Below are positions 16,085 to 20,000 of a DNA stretch of 20,000 nucleotides, one piece after another; position 1 is the stretch's first letter, and every line of letters starts with the position of its first letter. The stretch lies in the IMG/VR virus record IMGVR_UViG_3300038461_000154. The stretch is one strand, 5' to 3'. The notes beneath the pieces are model-generated. The model ran no database searches and was not told the origin of the DNA. It worked only from the letters and a program-made list of their open reading frames with translations. A program made the translations under genes and the position numbers. The stretch is from an uncultured virus (IMG/VR IMGVR_UViG_3300038461_000154) (Duplodnaviria > Heunggongvirae > Uroviricota > Caudoviricetes).

Positions 16085-16621
16085 TTAAGCATTTTCAGAC
16101 ATGGTTTCACGTATCTTTTCATCCTGCCCTTTAAGAATTTTACTCACTTTGCAATGTGTGGAAATCCGTTCTCCCTCTGCCTCATCGTCTTCATCTTCAC
16201 TGTTTTTGTAAAGCTCGAAATGCCGTTCTACAGCCGTGATAATAGTTGGATGGATATTACACTTTTCCATGTACTCTTTCCATCCATCTTTTGGCACATC
16301 ACCATCGCCCCAACTTTTACCATTACCTACGTAGAACTCAGCAGGCTTTGAATAGACAATTTGACCATCAGCAAGCTTAATGTATGGCCGTATAATCAAA
16401 GCAGCATCACGACAACAACCACACGAATGATTCCGTTCATATTCTACGGCGATGGCATTAACCGCAGTAGTACCATAACGCACATTGCCCCACCTGTCTG
16501 GATAACGTGTCAAATCTGAATATTGCGAGATTAGCGCCTTGATTTTATTCAAAGCGCCAATCTTCGCATTGTACTCAACAATGTCTTTGTTTAACTCGGC
16601 AAGTAGTTCTTCACCTTCCAT
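16085..16621 (-). CDS. hypothetical phage protein
   Basis: Coiled-coil N-terminus, DRWGNVRY, and an HSCGCC metal-binding-like motif. Confidence 0.75.
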   Translation of the reverse strand: MEGEELLAELNKDIVEYNAKIGALNKIKALISQYSDLTRYPDRWGNVRYGTTAVNAIAVEYERNHSCGCCRDAALIIRPYIKLADGQIVYSKPAEFYVGNGKSWGDGDVPKDGWKEYMEKCNIHPTIITAVERHFELYKNSEDEDDEAEGERISTHCKVSKILKGQDEKIRETMSENA

Positions 16622-16624
16622 CTT

Positions 16625-17185
16625 TTAATTCTCCGCAATGATTTTGACATGCTTCTTCATGGTTTCCAAAGTCTCAAACAAGTCAGTAATGGCACTGAGC
16701 CTGTTTCTATTCTCATTATACTTAGTCCGAAGCTGCTTTATCACTTTTCCTGAATCATCCACATGCGCAACACAAATAATTCCTTCTGGTGCATTACTTC
16801 TACAATACAAACCAGCACCCCAAATATGTGCAAACAATCCACCTTTCATATTGCTTGATTTCGTCTCTATATCTAGCACATCACGGTCCATCTTCCTAAA
16901 AATTGCATACGCCTTCGCGTGCATAACCACATGTGTTACTCTCAAATTTTCTTCTTCAATGTCAGAGAATACATTTGTCATTGAATACAGAATGGAACTG
17001 TTCGATTCACGTACTACACAAGATGTGTCTTTCAACATCTCGTCGGCAGCTTTGGCCATTACTTGTTGTCTGTTGCCGCCAACAGTACGATATTCCTTCA
17101 CTGCATCAATTGCAACTCTGGCTTCCGCCGAATTGCAATCGAAAAATGACTGGCCCTTATCGTCTAAAAACTTTACGGTATTCAT
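16625..17185 (-). CDS. truncated major-capsid-protein-like (HK97-fold fragment) protein
   Basis: VFSDIEEENLRVTHVVMHAKAYAIFRKMDRDVLDIET..NMKGGLFAHIWGAGLYCRSNAPEGIICV resembles the central/C-terminal segment of large-phage major capsid proteins. GGAGG before ATG 17185. Confidence 0.6.
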   Translation of the reverse strand: MNTVKFLDDKGQSFFDCNSAEARVAIDAVKEYRTVGGNRQQVMAKAADEMLKDTSCVVRESNSSILYSMTNVFSDIEEENLRVTHVVMHAKAYAIFRKMDRDVLDIETKSSNMKGGLFAHIWGAGLYCRSNAPEGIICVAHVDDSGKVIKQLRTKYNENRNRLSAITDLFETLETMKKHVKIIAEN

Positions 17186-17337
17186 AGTACGCTTCCTCCA
17201 TTGCGGAGAGAGTCGCACTTTCTTTTTTGACAAAGAAAGGTATTATCGAAACCTACAGATTTCAATACTCTCCGATAGTCTGCGGAGGTGCAGTATAAAG
17301 TATTATATACCAACAATAAAAATTTCTAAAATAATTT

Positions 17338-17868
17338 CTAACGATGCCCGCCATGCCCACCAAAACTGTGTCCAGAACCACCGCGTGAACCATAACCATA
17401 ACTAGAGAATCCAAAGCCTACAGAGAAGCTTGGGTAGTAATAAGGACGATAGCAAGGATAGGAATAGTAAGGATAAGCAGAGGGATAGTCAGTATAGACA
17501 TAACGTACTGTCGGCGCTTCTACAATTTCTACCTGTTGTATGGGTTCTTGTACCACTCGTACTGGCTGTGCTCTAATCGGCTCTGCTTTTGCCCTGATTA
17601 CAATTGGTTGACGTTCTGCAATGACTTCATGCGCAACCGGCTTACAATGCTTCAAGATAGCCACAACGACTTCCTTTGACACCTTTGCATCTTTGAGTTT
17701 GAGAATGTCATCAGCAGTCAATGTAACAGGCTCAGATGTTTCCACAAAGGCAAGCATCACTTCATCACCAACACCTTTTTGAGTCAATGTCACAACATCT
17801 TCTACCGTTGCAGCCTGGATGAAGCCACTACCAATAAGCAATACAGCAGAAATAAACCATTTCCACAT
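17338..17868 (-). CDS. exported protein with a helical repeat domain and Tyr/Pro/Gly-rich tail
   Basis: Signal peptide; TVEDVVTLTQKGVGDEVM...LTADDILKLKDAKVSKEVV; YPYYSYP and GGHGGHR tail; AAGGAGG ribosome-binding site. Confidence 0.8.
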   Translation of the reverse strand: MWKWFISAVLLIGSGFIQAATVEDVVTLTQKGVGDEVMLAFVETSEPVTLTADDILKLKDAKVSKEVVVAILKHCKPVAHEVIAERQPIVIRAKAEPIRAQPVRVVQEPIQQVEIVEAPTVRYVYTDYPSAYPYYSYPCYRPYYYPSFSVGFGFSSYGYGSRGGSGHSFGGHGGHR

Positions 17869-17924
17869 GGTTAATCCTCCTTGTCAAGCGTCCATATTAT
17901 TGACGGCTATTCAAAAACTATTAT

Positions 17925-18188
17925 TCAAGTTGGTCTATTGAAATACTTCGGCAAGGCTTCTTCTGGACATTGCTTGATGAATTCCAACGCCTCTGGACTA
18001 TTAAGTACAGCAGTAATGGCACCAATCAGCATCGGAGAGCCTTTGGTTTTGCAGTGCCATTGTTCGCCTTTTGGCCCAATACCTATCGTAGCCAACGTAC
18101 AGGCGAAACTACGGCGCTGTAGCTCTGCCATTAGCTCGTCTATGCTGGCTTCCTGAATTGGAGCCATGGTTACTTGACACTTTTTCAT
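17925..18188 (-). CDS. hypothetical protein
   Basis: ASIDELMAELQRR motif; start uncertain. Confidence 0.55.
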   Translation of the reverse strand: MKKCQVTMAPIQEASIDELMAELQRRSFACTLATIGIGPKGEQWHCKTKGSPMLIGAITAVLNSPEALEFIKQCPEEALPKYFNRPT

Positions 18189-18269
18189 CGGTTTCTCCCA
18201 ATAAGCCTACTGCCATTGTACAGGCTTGCGGCCACTTTTTGACAATTTTTATAAATCTTATAAGTCTTT

Positions 18270-18653
18270 TTACTGTTTGATGTTACGATAATGTTTTTTA
18301 CATAAACCCTTGGCGTGGAACTGTCCCTCACAGCCTTCAATTGAGCAAAACCTTTCATTAGGGTTACGTTTAAACACATTTTTGTAATAATGTTGCTTGC
18401 AATACCCTTTCGCGTGAGGCTCTTCGTTACATCCATCTACTTGGCATTTTCTTATTTCTTCGGGGGGAATGTCTTCGTGCAGCACATGTTCTAGGCAATA
18501 TGGGCAAGCATCTGGCGGGTCATGTGTAATGAAAACACTGCATAATACTTCAGGACATTCAATGACACCAAGTTTCCAAAGACGTTTCCTAATCTGACTC
18601 CACTTTCTTCCTTGAACTTCAATACATTTTCGACAGACTTTTTTGTTCAACAT
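18270..18653 (-). CDS. CxxC...CPYxxEH family domain fused to two C-x4-C...KGxCxxHY zinc fingers
   Basis: VCRKC...IECP...PPDACPYCLEHVL, then CQVDGC..AKGYCKQHY and CSIEGC..AKGLCKKHY. Confidence 0.8.
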   Translation of the reverse strand: MLNKKVCRKCIEVQGRKWSQIRKRLWKLGVIECPEVLCSVFITHDPPDACPYCLEHVLHEDIPPEEIRKCQVDGCNEEPHAKGYCKQHYYKNVFKRNPNERFCSIEGCEGQFHAKGLCKKHYRNIKQ

Positions 18654-19129
18654 TTGAAATCTGATTCATCATCTTTTGACAAGACGTGCTCTAGTTCATA
18701 AGGACAACTTTCTGGCGGATTGTCCTTCCACACAAACAGGATTTTACACGTCTTGTGGCAGAAAATACACTTCTTTTTGTAAACTTCTTGCACATCTAAA
18801 TGAACTTCTGTTGATTGCTTACAGACCGCACAAACCTTGGCATTGATTTTTCTTGGGAACTGCGTGTAAGATAATTGTTCAACAAGCCAACCAAAGTTCT
18901 CAAAGAATATCTCGTAGTCTGGAATAGCGAAGCTATAGTTGCCACTGGTACTAGTAGTTACTGTGCCTATCGGAATAGAAGTGGACCCGATGCCATAGAG
19001 AGACTGGTTGGCATACACAGGGTAGATGTTAGAATTGTTGGGAGAGCTATACGTGATAGTGCCCGAATTGTTGGTGCTGGTTGTAATTGTATTCCAATTT
19101 GTATTAGGTGAAAGTGGGAGAGCCGCCAT
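18647..19129 (-). CDS. Ser/Thr-rich N-terminus plus CxxC...CPYxxEH family domain
   Basis: INAKVCAVC...IFC...PPESCPYELEHVL; AAGGA before ATG 19129. Confidence 0.75.
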   Translation of the reverse strand: MAALPLSPNTNWNTITTSTNNSGTITYSSPNNSNIYPVYANQSLYGIGSTSIPIGTVTTSTSGNYSFAIPDYEIFFENFGWLVEQLSYTQFPRKINAKVCAVCKQSTEVHLDVQEVYKKKCIFCHKTCKILFVWKDNPPESCPYELEHVLSKDDESDFKC

Positions 19130-19131
19130 AA

Positions 19132-19383
19132 TCAATGTTTCCTTGTAACCAATTGTTCTATAAGATAAGGACACCATTTCGGTGGTTCTGCTTTGACTTC
19201 TATAAAACCAAAAATAGAAGTCAATAGGTTGTAATATCTCTCATCTGGTATTTTATTATGGCTAAGTAATTGACGCGGACAGGATATATAACCTTCTTTC
19301 CACGTCATATCAGTGTCATTGTTCCACGGTAATAATGATTGTCTATAGCAAGTCTTACATATTTTCTTGCGAATTTTATTCAT
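19132..19383 (-). CDS. CxxC...CPYxxEQ paralogue family protein
   Basis: KICKTC...W..GYISCP...PPKWCPYLIEQLV. Confidence 0.8.
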   Translation of the reverse strand: MNKIRKKICKTCYRQSLLPWNNDTDMTWKEGYISCPRQLLSHNKIPDERYYNLLTSIFGFIEVKAEPPKWCPYLIEQLVTRKH

Positions 19384-19891
19384 AGAGGTTCACTTCGGCG
19401 CTCGTACCGTTGGAATAATACAGCCTTACTTTTACACCAGCTTCTCTAAGCATAATCTTGGCATGAGCCATTTGTTCTTTCCATCTTGTTTCCCATGCTT
19501 TTTTCTTTGTTTCATAGGTATCACCAGCTATGATGATTTCAATAATACCAACATTGATAAGAGCACGGGCGCAATCAGTACAGGGCAAAAAATCCATGTA
19601 AATACGACAACCCTTTAATCCAGCACCTCCAATTCTTGCCTTGTTGTAAATTGAGTTGCGTTCGGCGTGTTCAATGTAAAAATATTTAAGGGGTCTTTCT
19701 TGCCTTTCAGGAACGTCATCTTTTATGCCACGCGGGAAGCTATTGTAACCAGTAGTACGGATGTCGTTATCCGGTCCAACAATAACACAACCTACTTTGG
19801 TTGATTTGTCTTTTGATTTTCTTGAAAGCGGTTCTACCATTCCAAGGAAGTATTCATCAAATGTTACGTCTTCTGGCTTGTCTTCTAGCAT
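19376..19891 (-). CDS. dCMP deaminase (ComEB/deoxycytidylate deaminase family)
   Basis: SKDKSTKVGCVIV...TGYN.FPRG...HAERN...PCTDC. Confidence 0.93.
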   Translation of the reverse strand: MLEDKPEDVTFDEYFLGMVEPLSRKSKDKSTKVGCVIVGPDNDIRTTGYNSFPRGIKDDVPERQERPLKYFYIEHAERNSIYNKARIGGAGLKGCRIYMDFLPCTDCARALINVGIIEIIIAGDTYETKKKAWETRWKEQMAHAKIMLREAGVKVRLYYSNGTSAEVNLYE

Positions 19892-19907
19892 ATTGACTAT
19901 TCCTCTA

Positions 19908-20000
19908 TCATAATTTCTGCTCTAAAAGCAGATGTTCTAAAAAGCAACTACATTTTTGTGTTATCTTCTTTTCGTCTTTGGAAATCCGTCTTTTCAATAC
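19908..20000 (-). CDS. partial CDS (C-terminus), probable further member of the Cys paralogue family
   Basis: Manual translation ...KKITQKCSCFLEHLLLEQKL* matches the family's C-x-x-x-L-E-H ending. Confidence 0.45.
   Translation of the reverse strand, partial: VLKRRISKDEKKITQKCSCFLEHLLLEQKL

Noticed and set aside
16638..17405. 255-aa plus-strand ORF and other long antisense ORFs (684-1154, 3985-4530)
   Set aside because: They lie opposite better-supported minus-strand genes that have ribosome-binding sites or motifs, and show no motif of their own.
1..20000. Stop-codon reassignment, tRNA genes, or a DGR explaining the Cys paralogues
   Set aside because: Genes tile densely under the standard code with TAA, TAG and TGA all used as stops. 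I saw no tRNA cloverleaf, no reverse transcriptase and no near-identical template/variable repeat pair.

Overview
AT-rich, densely coding window, almost all on the minus strand, that reads as the accessory region of a large (jumbo-type) phage using the standard genetic code. It carries HNH nucleases, a beta-class DNA methyltransferase, a dCMP deaminase, a SWIB domain protein, FN3-repeat proteins, a capsid-like fragment and an expanded Cys-rich paralogue family. The main feature is 5160-8215 on the minus strand. There a promoter precedes a stand-alone RAMP/Cas7-like gene (7488-8132) and three small genes, followed by a non-coding array of six tracts of 5-nt units (G-[G/C/T/A]-A-N-N). The tracts are separated by a conserved ~23-nt linker, and the array is split by an antisense methyltransferase. 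A further short tract sits in the RAMP gene's 5' leader. No cas1, cas2, cas3, cas5, cas6 or cas10 gene and no CRISPR array is present. This looks like an RNA-guided system whose guide information lies in the variable NN dinucleotides. It resembles what I recall as VIPR systems (GGY-NN), but with a GNA-NN scaffold. All family assignments are by eye from motifs; no searches were run.
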